The position numbers were made by a program, and so were the translations under genes. The notes under the pieces were generated by a model. It saw only the letters and a list, made by a program, of their open reading frames with translations. It did no database searches and was not told the origin of the DNA. A stretch of 64,000 bases of DNA from Longimicrobiales bacterium (GTDB taxonomy: Bacteria > Gemmatimonadota > Gemmatimonadetes > Longimicrobiales > Gaopeijiaceae). The DNA lies in contig OZ242008.1 of NCBI GenBank assembly GCA_965204735.1, positions 832,001 through 896,000 on the forward strand. Reading direction: 5' to 3'. Below, one piece after another: positions 29,047 to 38,539 of the stretch; positions within the stretch are counted from its first letter, which is position 1, and each line of letters begins with the position of its first letter.

Positions 29047-30173
29047 AGCTCCTCCTTTGCAACCACCAAGGGGGGCAGCAGGCGGATCACGGTGGGTCCG
29101 GCCGGCAGGGCGAGCACGCCGCGCTCCGCCAGACGGTCCAGATAGGGCCGGCAGCGCTCCCGGAGTTCGACGCCGATCATCAGTCCGACCTGACGCACGG
29201 CGCGGACCCGGGCTCTACGCGGGGTCAGGACCTCCGTCAGCCGCTCCCGAAACCACGCGCCCAGTGCCTCGGCGCGCTCGGCCAGCGCTTCCTGCTCCAT
29301 GAAGCCGATGGCGGCCAGCGCCGCGGCGCACGCCAGGGGGCTGCCGGCCGACGTGGTCCCGTGCTTGCCGACCATCGCCGGCACTCGGTCGCCGGCCAGG
29401 ACTGCGCCCAAGGGCACCCCTCCGGCGATCGCCTTGGCCAGGCACATGAGGTCCGGGACGACGCCGTGGCGTTCGCAGGCGAACATCCGCCCAGTGCGGC
29501 AGAACCCGGTCTGCACCTCGTCGAACACCAGCATGGCGCCGGCCTCGTCGCAGATACGCCGGACCGCCCGCAGGTAGCCTTCGCTCGCGGGCCGAACGCC
29601 GCCCTCGCCCTGGACGGGTTCCAGCACCACGGCGGCGGTCTCGTCGCTCATGGCTTCCCGCATCTTGCCGACGTTGTCGAAGGGCACGAAGGAGAAGCCG
29701 GGCACGAGAGGGGCGAAGGGACGCCGGTACGCGTCCTTGTAGGTGGCGCTGAGGGCGCCCATGGTCCGCCCATGAAAGCCCCGCATGGCCGACACGACCA
29801 TTGCGCGGCCCGTCGCGGCCCGAGCGAACTTCAGGGCCGCCTCCACGGCCTCGGCGCCGGAGTTGCACAGGAACGCCCGCTCCAGGCCGGACGGCGCGAT
29901 CGAGACCAGCTTCTCCATGAGGGCCGCCCGCTGGTCGTTGCCGAAGATTCCCGGACACGACACCAGCTTGCGCGCCTGCTCGGCCACCGCCTCTGCCACG
30001 ACCGGATTCGCGTGGCCCACGTTCGCGACGCCGATCCCCGACACGCAGTCCACGTAGCGCCGCCCCCGGTCGTCCTCGACCGTCGCCCCGCGGCCCCGCA
30101 CCAGGGTGATCCCCCGGGCCGGATAGACCTGCAGGCCGTACCGCTCCTCGGCCTGCGCCGCCGGAAGGCTCAA
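29007..30173 (-). CDS. lysJ: class III PLP aminotransferase, LysJ/ArgD type
   Basis: NSGAEAVE, FHGRT, EPVQGEGG, DEVQTG, LAKAIAGG; coupled to lysZ. Confidence 0.8.
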   Translation of the reverse strand: MSLPAAQAEERYGLQVYPARGITLVRGRGATVEDDRGRRYVDCVSGIGVANVGHANPVVAEAVAEQARKLVSCPGIFGNDQRAALMEKLVSIAPSGLERAFLCNSGAEAVEAALKFARAATGRAMVVSAMRGFHGRTMGALSATYKDAYRRPFAPLVPGFSFVPFDNVGKMREAMSDETAAVVLEPVQGEGGVRPASEGYLRAVRRICDEAGAMLVFDEVQTGFCRTGRMFACERHGVVPDLMCLAKAIAGGVPLGAVLAGDRVPAMVGKHGTTSAGSPLACAAALAAIGFMEQEALAERAEALGAWFRERLTEVLTPRRARVRAVRQVGLMIGVELRERCRPYLDRLAERGVLALPAGPTVIRLLPPLVVAKEELAQVAAALAEVLE

Positions 30174-30967
30174 GCGATCAGCGTCCCCCGACCGGCCAGG
30201 GCGTCCTGCACGGGGTGCTCCGTTCGTCCGTCGGCGATCACGACCCGGGCGCCCCGTCGCGCTCCCAGGCGCTTGATGGCGAGCATCTTGCGCTTCATTC
30301 GCCCCGTCGCCTCCGCCTCGCGCTCCGCCAGCTCGGCCCACGTCATGCGCGGCACCAGCGAGGCCACGTCCCTCGGGTCCTCCAAGTACCCCGGCGCCTC
30401 GACGAGATGGATCACGACGTCCGGCTTCAGCGTCGCGTCCAGGAGCGCCACGATCTCGTCGTTCTCCGAGTTGACCGCCACGCCCTGCTCGTCCACGATC
30501 GGCACCGTCAGCACCGGGGCGAAGCCGTTGTCCAGCAGAAGGCCCAGGAGCTTGCGGTTGACCACCACCGGCTTGCCCGACAAGTCCCTGCGAATCAGCG
30601 TCTTCTCGCCTTCCCGGACGCGGATTCCCCTGTTGCGTCGGCCCCGCACCAGGGCGCCGTCCAGTCCCGTCAAGCCGACGGCGTTGACTCCGTGCTGCTG
30701 GAGCGCCTCGACGAAGCGCTTGTTGCGCAAGCCGGCGTAGGCCATGAGGAGGAGGTCGATCGCATCGTTGTCGGAGAACACGCTGTCGTAGCCCGACACG
30801 GAGGTGACGACCCGCTTCTCCATGCCGAGGCGGCGGGCCAGCGAATCACGCAAGGCGTTGGCGCCGTGAACGACGACCAGGGAGGCGTCGTCCACCAACC
30901 CCAGGTCGGCGGCGACGGTCTCCAGGTCCACGGACTCGCCGCCCCCGACCTTTACCAGCAGCTTCAT
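30170..30967 (-). CDS. lysZ: [LysW]-aminoadipate/glutamate kinase
   Basis: VKVGGG, VVHGAN, SVSGYDS, DLSGK, GRMKRK. Confidence 0.8.
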   Translation of the reverse strand: MKLLVKVGGGESVDLETVAADLGLVDDASLVVVHGANALRDSLARRLGMEKRVVTSVSGYDSVFSDNDAIDLLLMAYAGLRNKRFVEALQQHGVNAVGLTGLDGALVRGRRNRGIRVREGEKTLIRRDLSGKPVVVNRKLLGLLLDNGFAPVLTVPIVDEQGVAVNSENDEIVALLDATLKPDVVIHLVEAPGYLEDPRDVASLVPRMTWAELAEREAEATGRMKRKMLAIKRLGARRGARVVIADGRTEHPVQDALAGRGTLIA

Positions 30968-30983
30968 CGGCCTGCGGGGGGCG

Positions 30984-31373
30984 TCAGTTCGTCTTCGAGC
31001 CCGAGAAGGAGCCGGTCATGCCCGCCATCGTCCAGGTTCCCGTCAAGGCGCCTTCCGCTACTTCGAACTCGAGCGTCAACACCCCCTGCGGACCCGAGGC
31101 CTCGATCGTGACCGCTTGTCCCGTCACCATCACCGAGTTGATCGGGACTGCCGGGAACATGTCGCTCTGAAGCGATCCGGTGTAGGCCCCTTCGGACCCC
31201 TCGATCGTCATCGTTCCGGACACCGTCATTCCCTCGACGCCGGCGCTGTACAGATAGCTCCCGACGGGATCGAAGGGGGGCGGGCCCGAGGGACCGCTGG
31301 CGCAGGCCGCGGCCAGAAGGGTGAAGAAGAAAAGGGCGATCGTGGCGCTCCTGCTCGTCGACGGCCGGGTCAT
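30984..31373 (-). CDS. hypothetical lipoprotein
   Basis: MTRPSTS..LLAAAC lipobox; beta-rich body. Confidence 0.6.
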   Translation of the reverse strand: MTRPSTSRSATIALFFFTLLAAACASGPSGPPPFDPVGSYLYSAGVEGMTVSGTMTIEGSEGAYTGSLQSDMFPAVPINSVMVTGQAVTIEASGPQGVLTLEFEVAEGALTGTWTMAGMTGSFSGSKTN

Positions 31374-31528
31374 CCGCTGTGCTCCTTGGCTGGCGGGGGG
31401 TTGGTCCCTGGCCCCGGCGCGTGGAAAGGCAAGGTCCTGCGAGGAGGCTTGCCGCCGCCGAGCCGGGAGCTCCCTGGAGTTGTGAAGGAAGTGGATAGTG
31501 GAAGCGAACGGGCGGCAACGCAAATCCA

Positions 31529-32536
31529 TCAACCCCCGGGGGAAGGCGCGGGGGACGGATGCCGCCACGTCGGCACGGCTGCGGGGTCCACGCCGTGGCG
31601 CAGGGCGAAGTCGTCGATCAGCGTCCTGGCAATGCTGTAGGAAGGCGGGACGGGGGGCAGCGCCTCCGCCCGAAACCAGGCCACGTCCTCGAGTTCGTCG
31701 TCGCGAGGCGCCGGGGAGCCGCTGGCCCACTCCGCCGTGAAGCCGACCATCAGCGAGTCGGGGAAGGGCCACGGCTGGCTGCCGAAGTAGCGGACGTTCG
31801 TCACCTGTACGCCGGACTCCTCCGCGATCTCTCGTCGCACTGCGTCCTCCAGGCTCTCGCCGGGGTCCACGAAGCCCGCCAGCACCGAGTACGAGCCGGG
31901 CGGGTGGCGGTGCGACCGCCCCAGCAGGATCCGACCACCGCGGACGACCTGCACGATCACGGCCGGCGAGACCCTCGGGAAGACGAGGTGGCCGCAGGCG
32001 GAGCACGCCATCGCCCTGTGAAGGGCCGCCGGCGCGGTGGCGGCGCCGCAGACGCCGCAATGCCGGGACGTCCGGCGCCAGCGGGCCAGGTGGGCGGCGG
32101 TCAGAGCCAAGGAAAGGTCGGGCTCGACAAGGGCTCCCAGGGCGGCCCGCACTCCGACGGCGGTGGTCCCCGCGGGCGGTTTCCAGCCGGAGGCGACCAC
32201 GCCGGCCACCGCTTCCGGCTCCGACGGCCGCTCCGCCCCGGCGCGCCTTCGCGACCCCCGACGCTGCACGGGGAACCAGTCGAAGCCGCAGGCGGGCTCG
32301 CGGGCGGCGGGACCGTCGCCGTCGCGGCCGGCGTCTTCGCCCGCGGGCCGCGCGCCGACCCACTCGTCGGCTTCCGCGACCGAGGGCAGCGACGAGGCCC
32401 CCTCGCCAAGGACGAGGCGGTCGCCCACGAACAGGCACGCCTTGGCTGTGGGCCGTGCGGCCGAAGCGGGGCTCGGCGCCCGGGCCCGAGACCCCACGGC
32501 GCCCGGCGCCGCGGCTGGACGGGACGATCTGGACAT
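31529..32536 (-). CDS. nudC: NAD(H) diphosphatase NudC
   Basis: CGVCG..CSACG, Nudix box GFVDPGESLEDAVRREIAEESG, SQPWPFPDS. Confidence 0.9.
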   Translation of the reverse strand: MSRSSRPAAAPGAVGSRARAPSPASAARPTAKACLFVGDRLVLGEGASSLPSVAEADEWVGARPAGEDAGRDGDGPAAREPACGFDWFPVQRRGSRRRAGAERPSEPEAVAGVVASGWKPPAGTTAVGVRAALGALVEPDLSLALTAAHLARWRRTSRHCGVCGAATAPAALHRAMACSACGHLVFPRVSPAVIVQVVRGGRILLGRSHRHPPGSYSVLAGFVDPGESLEDAVRREIAEESGVQVTNVRYFGSQPWPFPDSLMVGFTAEWASGSPAPRDDELEDVAWFRAEALPPVPPSYSIARTLIDDFALRHGVDPAAVPTWRHPSPAPSPGG

Positions 32537-32656
32537 CGCCACCAAGATACTCGCCGTGGCGCCCGTCCGGCCTTGGTCCTGGTCCGTCCGTCGGCTTATT
32601 CTCAACGACGCCGACGCCGCGAGGCGCCGCTCGTCCCGCAAGGTTCATTCGCTTAC

Positions 32657-34351
32657 GTGCCTTCCGACACAGGCCACGCCCCCGCCAGCCGCGCCGCCCG
32701 CAACGCCGGCACCGGCGCCGGCGAGTCCGCCTCTGCGGGCTTCCGGGGCCGAGACCCCTTGTGGGCCAAGGTCGTCGACCAGAGCCGCTGCATCGGCTGC
32801 CACGCCTGCACCACCGCGTGCAAGTCGGAGAACGAGGTGCCGCTCTCGGTCACCCGGACCTACGTGAAGTACGTGGACTCGGGGATCTTCCCGGAGGCGC
32901 GCCGCTCCTTTCAGGTGACCCGCTGCAACCAGTGCGACGAGCCGCCGTGCGTGGAGGCGTGCCCCACCGCGGCCATGTTCCGGCGGCCCGACGGCATCGT
33001 GGACTTCGACAAGAGCGCGTGCATCGGATGCAAGGCGTGCATCGCGGCGTGCCCGTACGACGCGATCTTCATCAACCCGGCCGACCACTCCGCCGAGAAG
33101 TGCAACTTCTGCGCCCACCGGCTGGAGATCGGCCTGGAGCCCGCGTGCGTGGTGGTGTGTCCCACGGAGGCCCTTCTGGTGGGCGACTTGAACGACGCGG
33201 CTTCCGAGGTCGCCAAGATCGTTCACCGGGAGCCGACGACGGTGCGCCGCCCGGAGAAGCGGACCAAGCCGAAGCTCTTCTACAAGGCCGCGGACCACGC
33301 CGCGCTGGACCCCCTCGCAGCGCAGCGCCCCAGCGGCGGGCTGTTCATGTGGAGCGAGCAGGGAAGCGGGACCGGGGCGCTCGGGTCCGGGTCCGGGTCG
33401 GGCGGCGCAAGGTCCGGGTCGGGCGCCCCCGGGACGGCCTCGGGCGGCGTCGCTGCCGGCTCCGACCGCGGCCGCCGAGCCGCTCCGTGGAGCTCTTCCG
33501 CTGCCGCCGTCGTCAGCTACGACGTCCCCCGCAAGGCGCCGTGGGACTTTCGCGTCTCCCTGTACACGTGGACCAAGTCGATCGCGGCGGGCGCCTACCT
33601 CGTCCCCCTCCTCCTGGTCGCCGTGGGCGCGCTGGACGCAGGAGACTCCCTCTGGCGCACCGCCGCCCCGGTCCTGGCGGCCGTCTTCCTGGCCGTCACT
33701 GGCGGCCTCCTGATCTGGGACCTGGAGCACCCGAAGCGCTTCTTCCTGATCTTCACGCGCCCGCAGTGGCGCAGCTGGCTGGTGCGGGGCGGCTTCCTCG
33801 TCGGCGCCTACGGGGCGTTCCTCGCGGCCCACGTGGTCCTGGCCGGCGGCTCGGCGCCGCCCCCGTCGTGGCTCGCCCTGCTCGGCGGGCCCCTGGCCGT
33901 TCTGGCCGCGGTCTACACCGCCTTCCTCTTCGGCCAGGCCAAGGGGCGGGACATGTGGCAGAACCCTCTCCTTCCCGTCCACTTCCTCGTCCAGGCCCTG
34001 CTGGCAGGGGCCGGCGCGACCTTCCTCCTGGCCAAGGCGGCGGCGCCGACACATCCCACCGATGCGGCGCTCGCGCTTCTGGCGACGGCCAGCGCGGCCC
34101 ATCTCCTCATGATCGCCGGCGAGGTCCTCATGCCCGCCCCCACCGCCCACGCCAGGGCGGCGGAGCGGGAGATGGTCCACGGGCGCTGGCGGTCCTGGTT
34201 CCTGCTGGGCGTTCTGGGCGCAATGGCGGGAGTCGCGGCGCCCTGGCTCCCCGCGTGGCTCGAGTGGCCGGCGGTCCTCTTCGCAATGGCGGGCCTGCTG
34301 GCCTACGAGCACGCCTACGTCCAGGCCGGCCAGTCGGTCCCCCTGGCATGA
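32657..34351 (+). CDS. fusion of a 4x[4Fe-4S] electron-transfer subunit and an NrfD/PsrC-type membrane anchor
   Basis: CIGCHACTTAC, CNQCDEPPCVEACP, CIGCKACIAACP, KCNFC..PACVVVCP; DLEHPKRF..SWLVRG. Confidence 0.88.
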   Translation: MPSDTGHAPASRAARNAGTGAGESASAGFRGRDPLWAKVVDQSRCIGCHACTTACKSENEVPLSVTRTYVKYVDSGIFPEARRSFQVTRCNQCDEPPCVEACPTAAMFRRPDGIVDFDKSACIGCKACIAACPYDAIFINPADHSAEKCNFCAHRLEIGLEPACVVVCPTEALLVGDLNDAASEVAKIVHREPTTVRRPEKRTKPKLFYKAADHAALDPLAAQRPSGGLFMWSEQGSGTGALGSGSGSGGARSGSGAPGTASGGVAAGSDRGRRAAPWSSSAAAVVSYDVPRKAPWDFRVSLYTWTKSIAAGAYLVPLLLVAVGALDAGDSLWRTAAPVLAAVFLAVTGGLLIWDLEHPKRFFLIFTRPQWRSWLVRGGFLVGAYGAFLAAHVVLAGGSAPPPSWLALLGGPLAVLAAVYTAFLFGQAKGRDMWQNPLLPVHFLVQALLAGAGATFLLAKAAAPTHPTDAALALLATASAAHLLMIAGEVLMPAPTAHARAAEREMVHGRWRSWFLLGVLGAMAGVAAPWLPAWLEWPAVLFAMAGLLAYEHAYVQAGQSVPLA

Positions 34352-34433
34352 CCCCGGCCCCGATCCCGCCGGCCATGACCGGCCCCCTCGTCGCCGGCCC
34401 GGCCTCGACCCGCCCGCCCGCGACTCGCCGCCC

Positions 34434-37400
34434 GTGAAGCTCCAGGAGCTCGAAGCCCGCGTATCGGCCGCGAAGGCCGAGGCCGAGGCCAGGGGCGAGA
34501 CGTTCTATCCCGGCGCCAGCCGCGTGCACTTGGCCGCGTATCCCCCCAAGGAGCGCTGGGCCGACTGGGTCGAGCTGGACTCGAAGGCGTGGCCGGAACG
34601 GGTCGAGCGCCGCTGCATGCTGGTGCCCACGACGTGCTTCAACTGCGAGTCGGCGTGCGGGCTGCTGGCCTACGTGGACCGCGAGACCCTCGAGGTGCGC
34701 AAGTTCGAGGGCAACCCCGAGCACCCGGGCTCCCGGGGGCGCAACTGCGCCAAGGGGCCGGCCACGGTCACCCAGCTCGTGGACCCGGACCGGATCCTTC
34801 ATCCGCTCAAGCGCGTGGGCGGGCGGGGGGAAGGGAAGTGGGAACGGGTCGGCTGGGACGAGGCGCTGGACGACATCGGGTCGCGCATCCGGGCCGCAAT
34901 CGACGAGGACCGGCGCGAGCAGGTCATGTACCACGTCGGTCGACCGGGCGAGGACGGCTTCACCGAGCGGATGCTCGCCGCCTGGGGAGTGGACGGCCAC
35001 AACTCCCACACCAACATCTGCTCCTCGGGGGCGCGCGCCGGCTACCACTTCTGGATGGGAATGGACCGGCCCAGTCCCGACCACGCCAACGCCCAGGTCG
35101 TCCTTCTCGTCAGCAGCCACCTGGAGGCGGGCCACTACTTCAACCCCCACGCGCAGCGGGTCATGGAGGGGAAGGCGAAGGGCGCGAAGCTGATCGTCTT
35201 CGACACGCGCCTCTCCAACACCGCCACCCACGCCGACCACTGGCTCTCCACCTACCCCGGCTCCGAGGCCGCCGTCCTCCTGGCGGTCGCCGCCCACCTG
35301 ATCCGCACCGGCAGCTACGACGCCTCCTTCGTCGAGCGCTGGTGGAACTGGCGGGAGTACCTGGAGGCGAACCATCCCGACGAGCCCGCCGACTTCGAGA
35401 CCTTCCAACGGGTCCTCCAGGAGCTCTACGCGGGCTACACCTTCGAGTTCGCGGCGGCGGAGAGCGGCGTTCCCGAGGCGACGGTGCGGGCGGTGGCGGA
35501 GACGGTCGCCCAGGCCGGGAGCCGGCTGTCCACCCACAACTGGCGGAGCGCCGCGGCGGGCAACTTGGGGGGATGGCAGGTCGCCCGCTGCCTCTTCCTG
35601 CTGAACGCGCTGGCGGGTGCCGTCGCCGTCCCCGGCGGCACGTACCCGAACTCGTGGAACAAGTACGTTCCCCGGCCCATCCGCGCGCCGTCTCGACACC
35701 CGAAGGGGTGGAACGACCTGACTTGGCCCGGAGACTATCCCCTGAGCCTCATGGAGATGTCGTTCCTGCTGCCGCACCTGACGGCGGAGCGAGACGGGCG
35801 CTTGGACGTGTACTTCACGCGGGTGTACAACCCGGTCTGGACCAACCCCGACGGCTTCTCCTGGATCGAGATGCTGACCGACCCGGAGCGGATCGGCCTT
35901 CACGTCGCCCTGACGCCGACTTGGAACGAGACCGCCTTCTTCGCCGACTACGTGCTGCCCATGGGACACTCGGCGGAACGTCACGACCTGACGTCGTACG
36001 AGCAGTACGACGGCCGGTGGATCGGCTTCCGCCAGCCCGTGCTGCGGACGGCCCGGGAGCGGCTGGGAGAGGACGTGGAGGACACGCGCGCGGCCAACCC
36101 CGGCGAGGTGTGGGAGGAGAACGAGTTCTGGATCGAGCTCACATGGCGGATCGACCCCGACGGCTCGCGGGGCATTCGCGAGTTCTTCGAGTCCCGCAGG
36201 CGGCCTGGGGAGAAGATGACCGTGGACGAGTACTACGGCTGGATCTTCGAGAACTCGGTGCCGGGCCTGCCGCGAAGGGCGGCGCGGGAAGGACTGACGC
36301 CGCTGGAGTACATGCGGCGCTACGGGGCGTTCGAGATCGACCGCAAGGTGGGTCCGCTCCACGAAGCGCCGGTGCCCGAGGCGGAACTCCGCGACCTGCA
36401 CGTGGACCGGGCCGGGCGCGCCTTCTCGCGGACGCCGGCGCCGCCGTCCGACAACGTGGTGCCTCTGCCTCCCCTCGACGGCGACGGCCAGGGACGGCGG
36501 AGGGTCGGCGTGTCCGTGGACGGAAAGGTGCGGCGAGGCTTCCCCACGCCCTCGGGGCGGCTGGAGTTCTGGTCGCCCACGCTGGCGGCCTGGGGGTGGC
36601 CGGAGATGGCGGTTCCGACCTACGCCCGAAGCCACGTCCATCCGCAGAACATGGACCGGGACCAGATGTGCCTGATCTCGACGTTCCGCCTTCCCGTGCA
36701 GATACATACGCGCAGCGCCAACGCCAAGTGGCTCGCCGAGATCGCCCACACCAACCCCGTGTGGATGCACCCTCGCGACGCGGCCCGGATCGGCGTGGCC
36801 ACGGGAGAGTTGGTGCGCGTCGAGACCCGAATCGGGCGCTTCGTGGCGAAGGCTTGGGTGACGGAAGGCATCCACCCCGGCGTCGCAGCCTGCTCTCATC
36901 ACATGGGTCGATGGAAGCTCGAGGACGGGTGGACGGCCGACGGAGCCTCGGGCGGGCGGCGAGCCGAGGACCGGACCGGCGGCGGGCGAGCCGACGGAGC
37001 TGAAGCCGGCGACGGGCAGGCCGCCGGTGCGCCCGCAGGCGCCCAGGGGTCCCGCCAAGCCGTGGCGTCGGTCGAGATGGGTCGGGAGGGAGACGCTTGG
37101 GAGATGCGTCGCAAGAACGGCGCCGGGCCGTTCGCCTCCAGCGACCCCGACACGGCGCGGATATGGTGGTCGGACGTGGGCGTGCATCAGAACATGACCT
37201 TCCCGGTCCAGCCGGACCCGGTGTCCGGGGCCCACTGCTGGCACCAAGCCGTGCGGATCAAGCGGGCGGCGCCCGGCGACCGCTACGGCGACATCTGGGT
37301 GGACACGGCCAAGTCCCGCCGCGTCTTCCGCCAGTGGCTGGAGCTGGCCCGGCCCGCCCGCGACCACTCCCCCGACGGCACGAGGCGGCCCTACTGGCTG

Positions 37401-37538
37401 CTGCGGCCCGTGCGGCCGGAGCGGGCGGCGTTTCGGCTGCCCGCCGAAGACGCGGCAGCGGACGGTCGGGAGCCCGGCGCGGCTCCGGGGAGCCGGCGCG
37501 GCGCCCCAGAGGGCCGCGGCCCCGGCGCCGGGGGCTGA
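34434..37538 (+). CDS. molybdopterin (DMSO reductase family) oxidoreductase catalytic subunit
   Basis: CFNCESAC..GRNCAKG Fe-S motif, HTNICSS, DTRLSNTA, ADYVLP, TPSGRLEF, MHPRDAARIG. Confidence 0.9.
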   Translation: MKLQELEARVSAAKAEAEARGETFYPGASRVHLAAYPPKERWADWVELDSKAWPERVERRCMLVPTTCFNCESACGLLAYVDRETLEVRKFEGNPEHPGSRGRNCAKGPATVTQLVDPDRILHPLKRVGGRGEGKWERVGWDEALDDIGSRIRAAIDEDRREQVMYHVGRPGEDGFTERMLAAWGVDGHNSHTNICSSGARAGYHFWMGMDRPSPDHANAQVVLLVSSHLEAGHYFNPHAQRVMEGKAKGAKLIVFDTRLSNTATHADHWLSTYPGSEAAVLLAVAAHLIRTGSYDASFVERWWNWREYLEANHPDEPADFETFQRVLQELYAGYTFEFAAAESGVPEATVRAVAETVAQAGSRLSTHNWRSAAAGNLGGWQVARCLFLLNALAGAVAVPGGTYPNSWNKYVPRPIRAPSRHPKGWNDLTWPGDYPLSLMEMSFLLPHLTAERDGRLDVYFTRVYNPVWTNPDGFSWIEMLTDPERIGLHVALTPTWNETAFFADYVLPMGHSAERHDLTSYEQYDGRWIGFRQPVLRTARERLGEDVEDTRAANPGEVWEENEFWIELTWRIDPDGSRGIREFFESRRRPGEKMTVDEYYGWIFENSVPGLPRRAAREGLTPLEYMRRYGAFEIDRKVGPLHEAPVPEAELRDLHVDRAGRAFSRTPAPPSDNVVPLPPLDGDGQGRRRVGVSVDGKVRRGFPTPSGRLEFWSPTLAAWGWPEMAVPTYARSHVHPQNMDRDQMCLISTFRLPVQIHTRSANAKWLAEIAHTNPVWMHPRDAARIGVATGELVRVETRIGRFVAKAWVTEGIHPGVAACSHHMGRWKLEDGWTADGASGGRRAEDRTGGGRADGAEAGDGQAAGAPAGAQGSRQAVASVEMGREGDAWEMRRKNGAGPFASSDPDTARIWWSDVGVHQNMTFPVQPDPVSGAHCWHQAVRIKRAAPGDRYGDIWVDTAKSRRVFRQWLELARPARDHSPDGTRRPYWLLRPVRPERAAFRLPAEDAAADGREPGAAPGSRRGAPEGRGPGAGG

Positions 37539-38459
37539 GTGGAGCTGTTGCGCGCCCTCGGCTCCTTGGTCGAGGAGCCGTCGCCGGAGCATCGTGGCGT
37601 CGCGGGCGCCCTCGGCCTTCCCGAGCCGCCGGACCCGGCGGCGCACCAGCGGGTGGTGGCGTCCCAGCGCTGGCCGTACGCGTCGGTCTATCTGGGCAAG
37701 GAGGGGATGATGGGCGGCGAGGCGCGGGACCGGATCGCCGGGTTCCGCCGCGCGCTCGGCGTGGCGCCGGGCCCCGGCCGGCCGGCGGTCGCGACCGGCG
37801 CTCCCGACGATTCGCTGGAAGCGGACCACTTGGCGGCGCTGCTCGACCTGCTGGCCGCGCTGGACGACTGGCGCGAGGCCGAGGACTCGGGCGCCCGACG
37901 CGGGGCGGCTCGGACGGCCCTGCTCTCCGAAGCGAAGGCCACCCTGCTCTGGGAGCATCTGACGCCCTGGCTGCGTCCGTACCTGGCGTCGTTCGACGAG
38001 TGCGGCGTCCCCTTCTACGGGGCGTGGAGCGCGCTTCTGGGCCGCGCGATCGACGCTGTCGAGAGCCGGCTGGCGGACGAAGGGCGGTTTCCGGAGCTCC
38101 TGCCCGCCGCCCTTCGCGACGTCCCCGGCCTTCCCGACCCCCGCCGCGCCGGCGCCGACGCCTTCGTGGCCGGTCTGCTGGCGCCCGCCCGCGCCGGAAT
38201 GGTTCTGGTCCGCGACGACCTGGCTCGCCTCGCCGACGATGCCCGACTGGCCTGTCGCGCCGGAGAGCGCCGATACGCGCTGGCGGGGTTGCTGGCCCAG
38301 GCGCCGGGCGAGACGCTGGCTTGGCTGGCTCGTCGCGCGGAAGAGTGGCGGGAGCGGCTGGCCCGGCGAGGGCCCGCGCGGATCGCCGAATGGTGGTGCG
38401 CCCGCGCCGGAGAGAGCGCCCGCCTCCTGTCGCACCTGGCCCGGGAGGCCGGCCCGTGA
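37539..38459 (+). CDS. TorD/DmsD-family molybdoenzyme chaperone
   Basis: PYASVY, EADHLA, WEHLTPW, PFY. Confidence 0.8.
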   Translation: MELLRALGSLVEEPSPEHRGVAGALGLPEPPDPAAHQRVVASQRWPYASVYLGKEGMMGGEARDRIAGFRRALGVAPGPGRPAVATGAPDDSLEADHLAALLDLLAALDDWREAEDSGARRGAARTALLSEAKATLLWEHLTPWLRPYLASFDECGVPFYGAWSALLGRAIDAVESRLADEGRFPELLPAALRDVPGLPDPRRAGADAFVAGLLAPARAGMVLVRDDLARLADDARLACRAGERRYALAGLLAQAPGETLAWLARRAEEWRERLARRGPARIAEWWCARAGESARLLSHLAREAGP

Positions 38460-38539
38460 GGCGGCCGCAGGCGCCGCGATGAGCCCCGCCGTCGCCCACA
38501 GGTCCCGCCGGGCCCGGGAGGTCGGCCCGTGAGGTGGCC
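38438..38539 (+). repeat. 29-bp direct repeat (27/29 identical, period 73) duplicating the torD-stop/sulP-start junction
   Basis: 38438-38466 vs 38511-38539. Confidence 0.8.
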
